Shown here piece by piece: positions 11,307 through 23,199 of a stretch of DNA of 64,000 nucleotides. Under the pieces are notes generated by a model. That model did not search any database and was not told the DNA's origin. It worked only from the letters and a program-made list of their open reading frames with translations. The DNA comes from the human T2T-CHM13v2.0 reference genome, Homo sapiens. Both the position numbers and the translations under genes were made by a program. The first letter of the stretch is position 1; every line of letters starts with the position of its first letter. The stretch lies in assembly GCF_009914755.1 (NCBI RefSeq), contig NC_060930.1. The stretch is one strand, 5' to 3'.

Positions 11307-14300
11307 GTCAGTACTATGTTAAATAACAGTGGTGAAAGTGGGCATCCTTGTCGTGTTCCAGATCTTAGAGGAAAGGCTTTCAGTTTCTCCCCATTCAGTA
11401 TGTTAGTAGCTGTGGGTCTGCTGTATATGGCTTTTATTATGTCGAGGTGTGTTCCTTACATACTCAGTTATTTGAGGGTTTTTATGACGTGAGATTGAAT
11501 TTTATCAAATGGTTTTTCAGCATCATTTGAAATTATCATGTGGTTTCTGTCTTTCATTCTGTTGATATGATGTATCACATTGATTGATTTGTATATGTTG
11601 AACCATTCTTGCTTGCCAGGGATAAATTCTATTTGGCCATGATGAATGATCTTTTTAAGGTATTCTTGAATTTGGTTTGCTAGTATTTTGTTGAGGATTT
11701 TTGCATGGATATTCATCAGAGATGTGGACCTGTAGTTTTCTTTTTTTGATGTGTCTTTTTCTGGTTTTGGTATCAGGGTGATACTGGCCTTATAAAATGA
11801 GTTTGGGGGTATTCCCTCCTCCTCTATTTTTCAGAATAGTTTGAGTAAGATAGGTATTAGTTCTTTAAATGTTTGGTAGAATTCAGCAGTGAAGTCATTG
11901 GGTCCTGGCATTTTCTTTGCTGCAAGACTTTTTATTATGGCTTTGGTCTTGTTTCTTGTTATTGGTCTGTTCACGTTTTAGATTTCTTCATGGATCTACC
12001 TTGGTACATTGTTTGTATTTAGGAATTTGTTCATTTTTTCTAGATTTTAAAATTTATTTGCATATAGTTGCTAATAATAGCCACTAATGATCCTTTGAAT
12101 TTCTGCAGTGTCAGTTGTGATGTTTCCTTTTTCATCTCTGATTTTATTTATTTAGATCTTCTCTCTTTTATTCTTAGTCTGTCTAAAGGTTTATCAATTT
12201 TGTTTAACTTTTCAAAAAACCAACTTTTTGTTCCATTGATCTTTTGTATTGTTGTGTTCATTTCAATTTCATTTATTTATGCTCTGATCTTTATTATTAT
12301 TTTTCTTCTGCTAATTTTGGGTTTGTTTTACTCTTGCTTTTCTAATTCTTTAACATGCATTGTTAGGTTGTTTATTTGAAGTTTTTCTCCTTTTTTTTTA
12401 ACAGGCAGTTATAGCTGTAAACTTCCCTCTTAGTACTGCTTTTGCTGTATCCCCTAGGTTTTGATATTTTATGTTTTTGTTATTATTTGTTCCAATTTTT
12501 TTCTCAATTTCCTTCTTAATTTCTTCCTTGACCCACTGGTCATTCAGGAGCGTATTGTTTAATTTGCTGGTATTTTTTACAAAATCCTTACGTGATTTCT
12601 AGTTTTATTCCACTGTGATTAAAGAAGATACTTGCTATTATTTTAATTTTTTTAGTATTTTAAGACTTGTTTTGTGACCTAACATATGGTCTACCTTTGA
12701 GAATGATCCACATGCTGAGGAAAATAATGTGTATGTTGCAGCTCTTGGGTGAAATGTTCTGTAAATATCTATTAGGTCCATTTGGTGTATACTGCAGAAT
12801 AAGTCCAATGTTTCCTTGTGGATTTTCTGTCTGGAAGATCTGTCCAATGCTGAAAGTGTGGTGTTGAAGTCTCTAGCTATTATTGTATTGGAGTCTATCT
12901 CTTATTTTAGTGCTAATAATATTTGCTTTATATGTCTGGGTGCTCCACTGTTGGGTGTACATATTTTTAAAATTGTTATATCCTCTTGCTAATTGACCCC
13001 TTTATTATTATATCATGACCCTCTTTGTCTCTTATAGTTTTTGTCTTGAAATCGCTTTTGTTTGATATAAGTATAGCTATTCCTGCTCTTTTTTGGTTTC
13101 CATTGTCATGGAATATCTTTTCTCCTCTCTTTATTTTCAGTCTATGTGTTTCTTTACAGGTGAAGTATGTTTCTTATAGGAAACAGATCATTGGTCTTTT
13201 TTTTTAAATCCATTCAGCCACTCTATGTCTTTTTGACTGGAGGATTTAGTCTATTTACATTCATTATTATTATTGATAAGTAAGGACTTACTCTTGCCAT
13301 TTTGTTATTTGTTTTCTGATTGTATTGTAGTCTTTTCTTTCTTCTTTCCTTCCTGTCTTGCTTTTAGTGAAGGTGATTTTCTCTGGTGATATGATTTAGT
13401 TTTTTGCTTTCTTATGTATTTGTTGTATTTTTTTTTTTTGGTTTGAGGTTACCAAGAGTCTTGTAAACACTATTTTGTAACTCATTATTTTAAGCTGATA
13501 ATAACTTGACACTGTTTGTATAAACAAACAACAGGGGAGCAAAAAAAAAAAAAAAACTCATGAAGACTCTACACCTTAACTTTGTTTTTCCATTTTTTAA
13601 CTTTATGTTGTTTCTATTTATATCTTATTCTACTGTCTATGTCTTGAAAAGTTGTTGTAATTATTTTTAATTGGTTTATCATTTAGTTTCTCTACTTAAG
13701 ATAAGAGTAGTTTATATACCATAGTTACAATATTATAATAGTTTGCATTCTTTCTCTGTACTTACTATTACCAGTGAGTTTTATACAGATGATTCTTTAT
13801 TGCTCATTAACCTCCTTTTCTTTCTGATTGAAGTACTCTCTTTAGCATTTCTTGTAGGATGGGTCTGATGTCGATAAAATTCCTCAGCTTTTATTTGTCT
13901 GGAAAAGCCTTTATTTCTCCTTCATTACTGAAGAATATTTTTGCTGTATATACTATTCTAGGGTAAAAGCTTTTTTCTTCCAGCACTTTTAATATATCAT
14001 GCCACTCTCTTGGCCTGTAAGGTTTTCATTGAAAAGTCTGCTGCCAGCTGTAGTGGAGCTCCATTGTATGTCATTTGTTTATTTTCTTTTGATGCTTTTT
14101 AGGATCTTTTCTTTATTCTTGACCTTTGGGAGTTTGATTATTAAATGCCTTGTGGTAGTCTTTGTTAGGTTAAATCTGCTTAGTGTTCTATAACCTTCTT
14201 ATTCTTGGATATTGTTTCTTTGAGTTTGGGAAGTTCTCTATTATTATCCCGTTGAATAATCTTTATACCCTATCTCTTTCTCTACCTCCTCATTAAGGCC

Positions 14301-16679
14301 AATATCTCTTAGATTTTCCCTTTTGAGGCTATTTTCTAGATCCTATAGGTGTGCTTCATTGTTTTTTATTTTTTTTGGTTGTCTTTTCTGTGTATTTTCA
14401 AATAGCTGGTCTTCAGGCTCACTAATTCTTTTTTTCTGCTCCATAAATTCTGCTATTAAAAAACTCTAATGCATTCTTTAATGTGGCAATTGCATTTTTC
14501 AGCTCCAGAATTTCTGCTTGATTCTTTTTAATTATTTCAATCTCTTTGTTAAATTTATCTGATAGAATTCTGAATTCCTTCTCTGTGTTATCTTTGAATT
14601 TCCCCAACACAGCTATTTTGAATTCTCTGTCTGAAAGGTCGCATATCTCTGTTTCTCCAGGGTTGGCCCCTGGTGCCTTATTTAGTTCATTTAGTGAGGT
14701 CATGTTTTCCTGGACGATATTGATGCTTGTAGATGTTCATCTGTGCCTGAGAATTAAAGAGTTAGGTATTTATTGTAGTGTTCTCAGTCTGGACTTGTTT
14801 GTACCCAGGCTTCTAGGGAAGGCTTTCCAGATATTCCAGATTGGTGGTTGTGATGTAAGCAGTATCTACTTTAGGGGACACTGTGAGCCCAGTAATACTG
14901 TGGTTCTTGCAGACTCGCAGAGGTACCTCCTTGATGGTCTTGGACAAGTTCCAGAATAATTCTCTGGATTACCAGGCAGAAACTCCTGTTCTCTTTTTTA
15001 CTTTCTTCCAAACGTATGCAGTCTCTCTCTCTCTGTTTGAGCCACCTAGAGCTGGGGTTGGGGGTGACACAAGCACTCCTGTGGTCACCACCACTATGAC
15101 TGTGCTAGGTCAGACCTTCCATAGCCAGTATAGCACTGGGTCTTGCCCAAGGGCTACTGTAATTATTTCCTGGCTATAGCCTGTGTTTTCTCAAAGCCCT
15201 GGGGCTCCACAATCAGAAGGTGGCAAACTGGACAGGTCGGTGTCTTTTCCTTCAGGATAGCAAGCTCCCCCAAGTTCTGTGTTAACCTGGAGGTGCTATC
15301 TGATCTGGGAGCCAGGGACTAGAGTCAGAAACCTTAGAAGTCTCTCTGATGAAGTCTCTCTGGTGTTCTCTTATGCTGTGGCTGAGCTGGCACTCAAACT
15401 ACAAGACACAGTTCTTCCCACTCTTCCCTCCCCTTTCCAAAGGCAGAGGAGCTTCACCCCATGGTCACTGCCACCACAGACCCACAGAGGGTACTGCCAG
15501 ACTACCACTGACATTCCCTTAAAGCCCAAGAGTTCTTCAGTCAACTTGTGGTGAATGCTGCCTGGCCTGGTACTCACCTTTCTGGGCAGTGGGCTTCCCT
15601 TTTGGATGCAAGAGCCAAGTCTTGCAACTGGGGACCCCAAGAGCCCACTTGGTGCTCTACCCCCCGTGACTGAGTTGGTACTTAAGGTGCAAGACAAAGT
15701 ACCCTTTGCTTTTCTCTCCACCTTTCTCAAGTGAAAGGATTCTTGCCCTATAGCTACCACAGCTGGAAATGTGCTGAGTCTCACCTGAAGGCAGCAAGCC
15801 TCAGAGTCTTACCAAAGGCCCTTGACATAGTACCTGGGATTCACTGCTGGTTATTCAGGGCCTAAGGTCTCTTCAGCTAGCAGGTGATGAGTCCTGCCAG
15901 GACGTGGTCCTTTCCTTTAAGGTAGTGCATTCTCTTCTGGTGCAGTGTGTCTTGAAATGTCATCTGGGAGCTAGGGCCTGGAATGACTCTGACTGGTGCC
16001 CTATCCTGCTGTGGCTGAGCTGGTATCCTAGATACAAGACAAAGTTCTCCGCATTCTTCCCTCCCTTCTCCTCAAGCAGAGAGAAGAGGATTTTTTTGGA
16101 GCTGTGAGCTGTGCATCCTAGTGTTAGAGAAGAGGTGATGTCAGCACTTCCTTAGCTGCTCCAGCTGGTGTCTCAGTAGGTCATATACCAGCCCACCTCC
16201 CCACCCTCCCCACCCAGTTCACTGTCCCTGGGCCTGCCTAGTTCAGCACTAGGACTCACATAGGGGTTACAGTCCTTGAGGCCTAGACTGCCTTTCAAGT
16301 TTATTTCGGGCCCCAGAGTACTTTAACTCACAACAGGGAAGCTTTTGGGAACTTAAGTTTAGACTGCTGGGATCAGTGATTTCCCTCTGGCTATGACTGG
16401 TTTGAATGCTCCCTCTGTGGGTGGGCATCAGCTGAGTTTGGTCCAGTTTTGTTTTCTGTTATATTAGGGTAGCACTGAGTTCAGTGCCTAACAAATGCTA
16501 GGCTCTCCCTCTCTCCAATCGCCAAAACATGCTGTACCATGCTTTTGCTGCCAGGGGATGGAGGACGGATGGCGTCAGTGATTTAAGACTGTTTTTTTTT
16601 ACCTCTTTAGTGCCTCTTTCAATGATATGAAGTTAAAACCAGGTACTGTGAGTGCTCACCTTTTCCTTTGTTCTTATAG

Positions 16680-16683
<4 letters not shown>

Positions 16684-16719
<36 letters not shown>
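16684..16719. repeat. (TG)n microsatellite in the L1 5'UTR
   Basis: About 18 perfect TG units. Confidence 0.97.
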
Positions 16720-16725
<6 letters not shown>

Positions 16726-16800
16726 GTTGTTAAATTGTGTTTGCCACAGGGACGACTGGTAGAACCTTCTCTTCCACCATCTTGCTCTGCCCCAAGTCCC

Positions 16801-18603
16801 TAAATTTTTCATTTCTGTAACTGGTTGTGTGGTAGTAACTGGTATTTATAATTACCTTATACTGTCCATCCTGTATTTCCTTTGCCTTCAGCAAGAACCT
16901 CAGCTGGTTATGGTTCTTTACCTGGGGTGGGTGTGAGGAGTGACTAAAATCTTTATTTCTGAAGGGTCTAGACTATTTGTAGTACTGCCTGGATTGGGTT
17001 GTAGTTTTCCATGTACCTTAATCACAGGGCCTGGTAATACTAAGAGATACCCAAAGGAATCTCCTATAATCCAGGCATACTCTCCCTTACCTCCATTATG
17101 GAGTCATAGTCCAATGTCTCTTTTGTTGTCAGGACCAATTACCCTACCCAACACCCTTGTCTCTCTTCTTTACCTGTTGATTCAGAGGCATGAGGAGCCC
17201 AAAGTTTCCAGTTGGCACTCTTAACTTCCAGTTCAATGGAATGGTTGTTGTGTCTCACAGTTGTAATATTCTCTCTGAAACTGAGACTTCTAGACCAGCA
17301 GATTATAAAATCACTGAAACAGAAAGCAAGAACTTTACTAGTGGGTAACTAGGGGTAATACTGACTGGTGTCACTCTCATTTTCACTCTTAATTCCTAGA
17401 CCCTTGAATCCTGACTATTGGAGAAACAGCACCATATTTTGGATACTGATTCAGACCATATACAGCCTTCTGGAGAATCTTGCCCCAGTCCTGAAAGGTA
17501 TTTCTATTCATCTAGTTGGTGCTATAACTGAGTCTTCAAAAGACAATTCCACTGTTCTATCAAGAAAGCTGCTTCAGGATGGTGGGAAATATGGTAAGAG
17601 CAGTGAATTTCATGAGCATGGGCCTGTTGTCACACATATTTTGCTGGGGATGATTTCCTTGATTGGAAGCAATGCTGTGTGGAATGCCATCATGGTGGAT
17701 AAGGCCATTATCAAATGCCATAATGGTGGATAAGGAATTATGTAATTCCATGGTTGGTAATTTTGGCATAAGCATGTTATGAAGAGAAGACAAATCCATA
17801 TCCAGAGTAAGTGTCTATTCTGGTAGGGACAAAATGCTTCCACTTCCACAATTGAAGTGGTCCAATGTAATCAACCTGTCACCAGATAGCTGGCTGATTA
17901 TCCCTAGAAATGGTGTCATAGTGAGGGCTCCCTGTTGCTCTCTGCTGCTGGCAGATTGGGCACTCAGTGGTGATCCTGGCCAGGTCAGGCTTGGTGAATG
18001 GAAGTCATGTTGCTGAGCCCCTGCATGACATCCATCCCTTCCACTATGGTCACTGTGTTCATGAGCCCATTGGGAATGACTGGGGAAAGAGGCTGACTGG
18101 TGTCCACAGAAGAGTCATTCTATCTATTCAATTATTAAAATCTTCCTCGGTTGTGTTCACTTTTTGGGTAGCATTCATATGGGGCACAAATATCTTCACA
18201 TTTTTGCTCATTCAGAGAGATCTATTCACATACCTATTCCTCAGATTTCTTTGTCATAAATTTTCCAATCACGTTATTTCCAAGTGCCTGAATCTGTATA
18301 TAACTGCACATCTGGCCAGTTTTCCTTTCAACCAAAGATCACAAGTAGGTGCACTTCCCAAAGTTCTGTCCCATGGGAGGATTTCCCTTCACCACTGCTC
18401 TTCAGTGATGTGTCAGAAAGGGGCCGTAGTGCTGCAGATATTTTCTTCTGGGTGGTGGCCACATATCATGTAGAACTGCCTGTAAACTTGGCCTCAGTCT
18501 TCTTTTTCTCTGTCAACTGATCTTAGAGAACCATCCATGAAGCCATAGGTGTAGGCTGAGAGAGAGAAAGGAGTGTAGCAGGAGTGTGGACCATGGGCAT
18601 TTG
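16801..18603 (-). mobile_element. ERVL internal region (pol, integrase and downstream remnants)
   Basis: Resumes with tcatttctgtaactgg...tttgccttcagcaag. Integrase remnant LIHHDGIPHSIASNQG (ORF 17560-17799, minus). Ends near accatgggcattt. Confidence 0.88.
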
Positions 18604-18669
18604 CCATATCAATAGCTGCATACCAGGTACTGGGGAATGTGTGCATATAATAATGTTTCAAATTCAATA

Positions 18670-18905
18670 ATATAAAGATAGACAACATTAAGTGCCTAGG
18701 CATTATTCTAAACACTTGATTGGTATTAAATCACTAATCTTTTACTGACAACCATGTGAAATATATCCTATCATTATCCCCAATATATTGGTAACAAAAC
18801 TGAGTGTCAGAGTGATTAAATAACTACTTAACGTCAGACAGCTGGTAAATGGTAGAACTGGGTTTCAAGCCCTGTGTTTCTGGCTCATTGTTTGAGTTCT
18901 TAAAC
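18670..18905 (-). mobile_element. MIR
   Basis: attatccccaat..aaaactgagtgtcagagtgattaaataact..cagctggtaaatggtagaactgggtttcaagccc. Confidence 0.75.
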
Positions 18906-19204
18906 ACTGTCTTTTGTCTTCCCATACTGTATGCCTACTTATAATAATGCTCAATTAACAGAAGACCAATAGATGAGATTCCCCAACCAACAGGAATGAT
19001 GTTGAACCTAATTAATTTTCAAGACAATAGGTAAGGTTAGTTTGAATCAGTGATTTAGTAGAAGACACTTTTCTGACTAAATCCTTAGGTTGAACATTCG
19101 CCCCAATGGTATCATAAATGTGGTTAAAACTTAGAGTCAGAATAAATGTTTGGAATATAGTCATTGGTTGACGTTATGTTTTTGGAAAACAATTTAACTA
19201 TTCA

Positions 19205-19330
19205 AAACCCCATTTTTTTCACCTATAAAATGGGAATGAGAGCTTTCATGTCTCTCTGATAGATTTCTCTCAAAGACGAAGTGAAATAGCACTGGTGAAA
19301 GCCCTTTGCAAACTGCATAGCACCCTACAT
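19205..19330 (+). mobile_element. MIR/MIR3 fragment
   Basis: tttttcacctataaaatgggaatga...gtgaaagccctttgcaaactg. Confidence 0.55.
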
Positions 19331-19539
19331 CATTGTCTTCAACAATATAATAAAAATGATATTGATACAAAATTCCAAGATACATATGGATGGTATATAA
19401 TTCTCCAAATGTAGAGTTGATACTTGCCTCTGACATTGCCTGGCACCTGCTCTTCCCTTTGGAATATTATGCTACTCTCTCATTAACCAAAACTACACCT
19501 ATTTTTGTCCCTATATGTTCCAAAGCCTTCTGGTCAGCT

Positions 19540-20200
19540 TCACTGTTGCTTTCAATTACCTAAAACTGGACATTTTTAGTGCTGAAATCAACATCTCTTT
19601 CCTAAAACAATTCATTCAGTCTCTAATTCAATTGATGGTACCAAAAACCAGTCAAGAAAGCCATAAAGCTCTGTCACTCTTCCCATTCCCTCACCCCTGC
19701 TCCAATCAGTTACTTATCCAGCTGATTTTTGCATGACAAATATTTCTTAAACTATTCCTTATTGCTATCTCCACTGTCTCTGCCCTAGTTTAGGTCTTTC
19801 TTTCTCTGATTTTGAATATTGGCTGGAAGAATCTCCTAATAGATCCCTGAGACCCTAGCCATCTCTTCTTTGAATCACATGCCACATCAGGGGTATAGAT
19901 GTAAAACAAAAATATAATTATATCAATTCTCTGCTACCTTCGTACAGATCTACTTAACCTACAGAATAAGCTCTTTAACATGGCACCCAGGGTTTTCCAT
20001 TATCTGCCCTTGTCTATACCTCTAGCCTTCCATCTCCACAATCCTTGTCTTATGTTTGATGTTCTAGCACAGTAAATTGTTCATAAATACCTAAACACAC
20101 GTATCTTTCTGCCTCCAGTGCCCTTCTGTAGGCACTCCTCTCCCCGGCCTACGTTTTCACCAGCCTGCATTTAAACTCTGAATATTTAAGACTCTTCTAA
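19540..20200 (+). mobile_element. L2 fragment (highly diverged)
   Basis: ctccaatcagttac...ctccactgtctctgccctagtttagg...ctcctaatagatccc...ctttaacatggca, typical of the L2 3' region. Confidence 0.6.
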
Positions 20201-20294
20201 GAGATCGTGGATCCTTTACCTTTAAAAAGTAGGAATTGTAGAATCCAAGTCTGTTAGAAAACTTAAAAATGATACAAAAAGAAGATAATCTCTT

Positions 20295-20356
20295 TTTTTT
20301 TTTTTGAGACGGAGTCTCGCTCTGTCGCCCAGGCTGGAGTGCAGTGGCGCGATCTC
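20295..20356 (-). mobile_element. Severely 5'-truncated AluY-type insertion (about 51 nt of body plus poly-A)
   Basis: T13 + gagacggagtctcgctctgtcgcccaggctggagtgcagtggcgcgatctc(g). Perfect 14-bp TSD gaagataatctctt at 20281-20294 and 20357-20370. Confidence 0.95.
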
Positions 20357-20370
20357 GAAGATAATCTCTT

Positions 20371-20600
20371 AATAGCTACCAATTATTGATCCCATACCAT
20401 ATGCCAGACTCTATACGTGGTGCTGTCGTGCTTTCCCATCTAATGCTCACAGTAAACCTGAAAATAGGCATTATTAATTCCATGTAACAATCAAGCAACT
20501 GAGGTGCAGAGAGTTGTGTGTCTCATCCATGTTCATGCAGCTAGGAAGTGATAGAGCCATTATATAAACCTCAATTCATTTGTTGATAAAGTCTGCTTAT
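20371..20600 (-). mobile_element. MIR
   Basis: aatagctaccaattattga..ccatatgccaga..aactgaggtgcagagag..cagctaggaagtgatagagcc. Confidence 0.75.
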
Positions 20601-21019
20601 AACTGCCTCTATATAAAAATATTATAATACTGTCTGTGGTTTCCAAAAATAAGATACCAGAGAAGATTCCAGGGAAGGAAGTGGAAAAACATTTTTTATG
20701 ATTTAAGTATACAATATTTAGGGCATATATAGGCATATATATAGGATATACACAGCAATGGCCTTCCTTTTCTTTTCTCCTCTGGATACTTACTCACTTA
20801 ACAAAGATTTAAGGGCTCTCCTACTACTTCCAGGTCCTGTGCTAAAAGATGCTTTAGAAAAGTTCCCTTCTTTTAAGAACATGTGATTCTTTTTGGATTC
20901 TTTTGGCTTTCTCATTACCAAAGCCTACACTTCTCTAGAAATAACAGAGGGAGCTTAGAGAGGAGGGCCTAGAAAATGTTCAGTGCCAGACTTATTAATT
21001 TGAATATTACACTCATAAT

Positions 21020-21235
21020 AATGATGATGATAGTAAAAATGTGTGTCAAGCTTTATGTTTCACATATTGGACATGGCTTTTGCATATATTATTTTATTTA
21101 ATCCCAACAAACCTTTGAGGTAGGTACTATCGTAATCTCCATTTTCAGATGAGGAAACTGAAGCACAGAGAAGTCAAATTATTTGTCAAAAGTCAGACAG
21201 ATAAAAACTCCACAGAGTTGGAATGTAGACCCAAA
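21020..21235 (-). mobile_element. MIR
   Basis: gaggtaggtactat..ctccattttcagatgaggaaactgaagcacagagaagtcaa is the MIR core. Confidence 0.85.
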
Positions 21236-22116
21236 AACCCATGATATATGTTATAAGTACTCTAATAGCATATATAAAGAGTGTCTTTGGAATGCAGTGG
21301 ATGGAATTTTGCTTAAGTGTGTAGTTGAGAGGGAAGACTTCACAGAGGTGGTGTCTTCGACCTGGATTCCAAAGCAGAAAGCTTGAATTTTCCAAGCCAA
21401 GGAAATGGAGAATGGTGTTTCTCATAGTAAGAGAAAAATAAATATAAAAGCCTGGAGGTTTAACAGTGGTGATTTATTTTCAAGAAATGGCAAGTAATTC
21501 AGTGTAGCTAGAAATGGAAAATTAGAGTAGATACACAGTTTGTGGTCATATCATAAATGGCAAGAACTGTCAGCAGGGAGTGGGAAGCCATGAAGCAATT
21601 TTAAGAAAAAGGGAGAGAGATGATAATAGTAACAGTTAACATATAGCTCTTGCTATATGTCAGACACTATTTTAAGTGCTTTACATATTTTAACTCAGTT
21701 AATACTCATAAGAATCCCATGATGTACATAGACTGTTAATTATTATCTCCAGTTTATAGCTGAGGAAACAAGCAGTGAGGTTAATAAGTTGTTCAAGAAT
21801 CATAGCTAATAAGTTGCAGAGGTGAGAGTAGAACTCAGATTGTCTAGTTTCAGAGTTTTTTGTTCTCACCAGCATACCATACCACATTTTTTATGAGTTT
21901 TGAAGAAAATCTCTCTGGAGGCAGCATAGGGAATTAATTAAATAGGTGGCTAGACTGGAAACAAGGAGAACCACTTGCAGTGGTCCACGTAGGAGATACT
22001 TGGGGTCTGAATCAGGTTAGTGGATATATCCTCCAAAATCAGAGTGGAAAATTGAAAGGAACTGTAACTGGCTTGTTACAGTTATTGATAAAGATGCCCA
22101 AGATGACAGGCTTATG

Positions 22117-22597
22117 CTGGTTGAAAACTCAAATGATTACAGAGGGAGCAGTTAGGTAATTTAGAGTCGGGAACATGTGCAAGTCACTAGATAGTGGTGG
22201 AGACTGTGGGGATTATAGAGCACATACTTGGTCTAAAGAGTGCACTTGCTCGGAGGCTCCAGTGGGTTTCTGCCATCGAAATATGAGCCATGTACTGTCT
22301 GATATTGTACTCTAATTTCTTTTCTTTTCTTTTCCTTTTTTTGAGACGGAGTTTTGCCCTTGTCACTCAGCTGGAGTGCAGTGGTGCAATCTCAGCTTAC
22401 TGCAACCTCCGCCTCCCAGGTTCAAGCAATTGTACTCTAATTTCTTAAAAGGAGTTTTAAATTTGAATCTTTATGGAGAATCTGCTGATTTTTAAATGAT
22501 AATAAATAATTTAGAAACAGAAAAACAATCCTGTATGACTCAGTCAAAACAAATCTTCCAGTTGAATTAAACCTGCAGCTGTCATTTACAATCTTTG
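22117..22597 (+). mobile_element. MER102-like (hAT-Charlie)
   Basis: ggttgaaaactcaaatg..tagtggtggagactgtgg..gtctaaag..gctccag..ctgatttttaaatg..caaaacaaatct. Confidence 0.65.
22322..22428 (-). mobile_element. 5'-truncated AluS right-arm fragment inside MER102
   Basis: T-rich tail, then gagacggagttttgcc..ggttcaagca. Perfect 18-bp TSD attgtactctaatttctt at 22304-22321 and 22429-22446. Confidence 0.92.
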
Positions 22598-22849
22598 CAA
22601 TAATTCTGGATTTTGCAACTGAGAGAATATTAATGTCTATAGAGGATGTAGGAATAAAAGCAGGCTGGAGGATAGGCAAAAATGCGTTAGGAGTTTTGGA
22701 TGTATTTTTGTGGATGTCTTGTTGGGTGGACCAGAAAAATGATTGGAAGCAAATAGTGTCATGAAGTAGAAGGCAGAAAAATGATCTTAAGAGCATAGAT
22801 CAGTATGATAAGATGGAGAGAATTCCTATCAAAGTGTGATAGTCATAAT

Positions 22850-23110
22850 TAACATCATCATTGCTGTCATATTGAAGGCTTAATCTGTGCAAAGCATATT
22901 CTTAATTTTACATTTAAGTTTACTGTCAAGCTAACATTTAGCATTTTTAGGATTAAATGTTGATCTCATTTAATCCTAAAAACAACCCTCTTAGGCAGAC
23001 ATTATCATTATTATTATTATCACTGTACCTATTTTATAGATGAGGGCAAGTCTTAAAACAAGTAAGTGGAAGAACTGTGACTCAAACCCAGATTTTCCTG
23101 TTACTAAAGT
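22850..23110 (-). mobile_element. MIR fragments
   Basis: tctcatttaatcctaaaaacaaccct..cctattttatagatgagg..gtaagtggaagaactgtgactcaaacccag. Confidence 0.7.
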
Positions 23111-23199
23111 TTTTATTCATCTGGAAATATAAGTGGGAGTGTAGAGAAGACGGCCTAGAAATGTGCAGCACCAGCTTTCTACATACCAACATTTAAAAA

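Larger units (their letters stand above)
8845..16800 (-). mobile_element. Near full-length L1MA2-like (L1MA1-3) LINE-1, decayed
   Basis: 3'UTR gtacatagtaggtgtat...aatcacatcatg...gggtatccatcccctc. ORF2 remnants at 10088-10600, 11468-11716 and 12638-12847. ORF1 remnant at 14422-14703 (EICDLSDREFKIAVL..NQAEILELKN). The 5' end reads gggacttggggcagagcaagatggtgg on the minus strand. Confidence 0.93.
21270..22800 (-). mobile_element. Fragmented L2, interrupted by a MIR (about 21620-21880) and MER102
   Basis: gggaagacttcacagaggtggtg; gggaagccatgaagcaattttaag; tctctctggaggcagcatagg; gcagtggtccacgtaggagat. MIR core at gctgaggaaacaagcagtgaggttaataagttg. Confidence 0.6.

Noticed and set aside
11113-15554. 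Two near-identical peptides (MLxWRCYLIWEPGTRVRNLRSLSDEVS) as a duplicated small gene
   Set aside because: Antisense translations of the duplicated L1 5'UTR segment, with non-ATG starts. The DNA duplication is reported instead.
17368-18520. 121-aa and 168-aa + strand ORFs
   Set aside because: Antisense to decayed ERVL pol.
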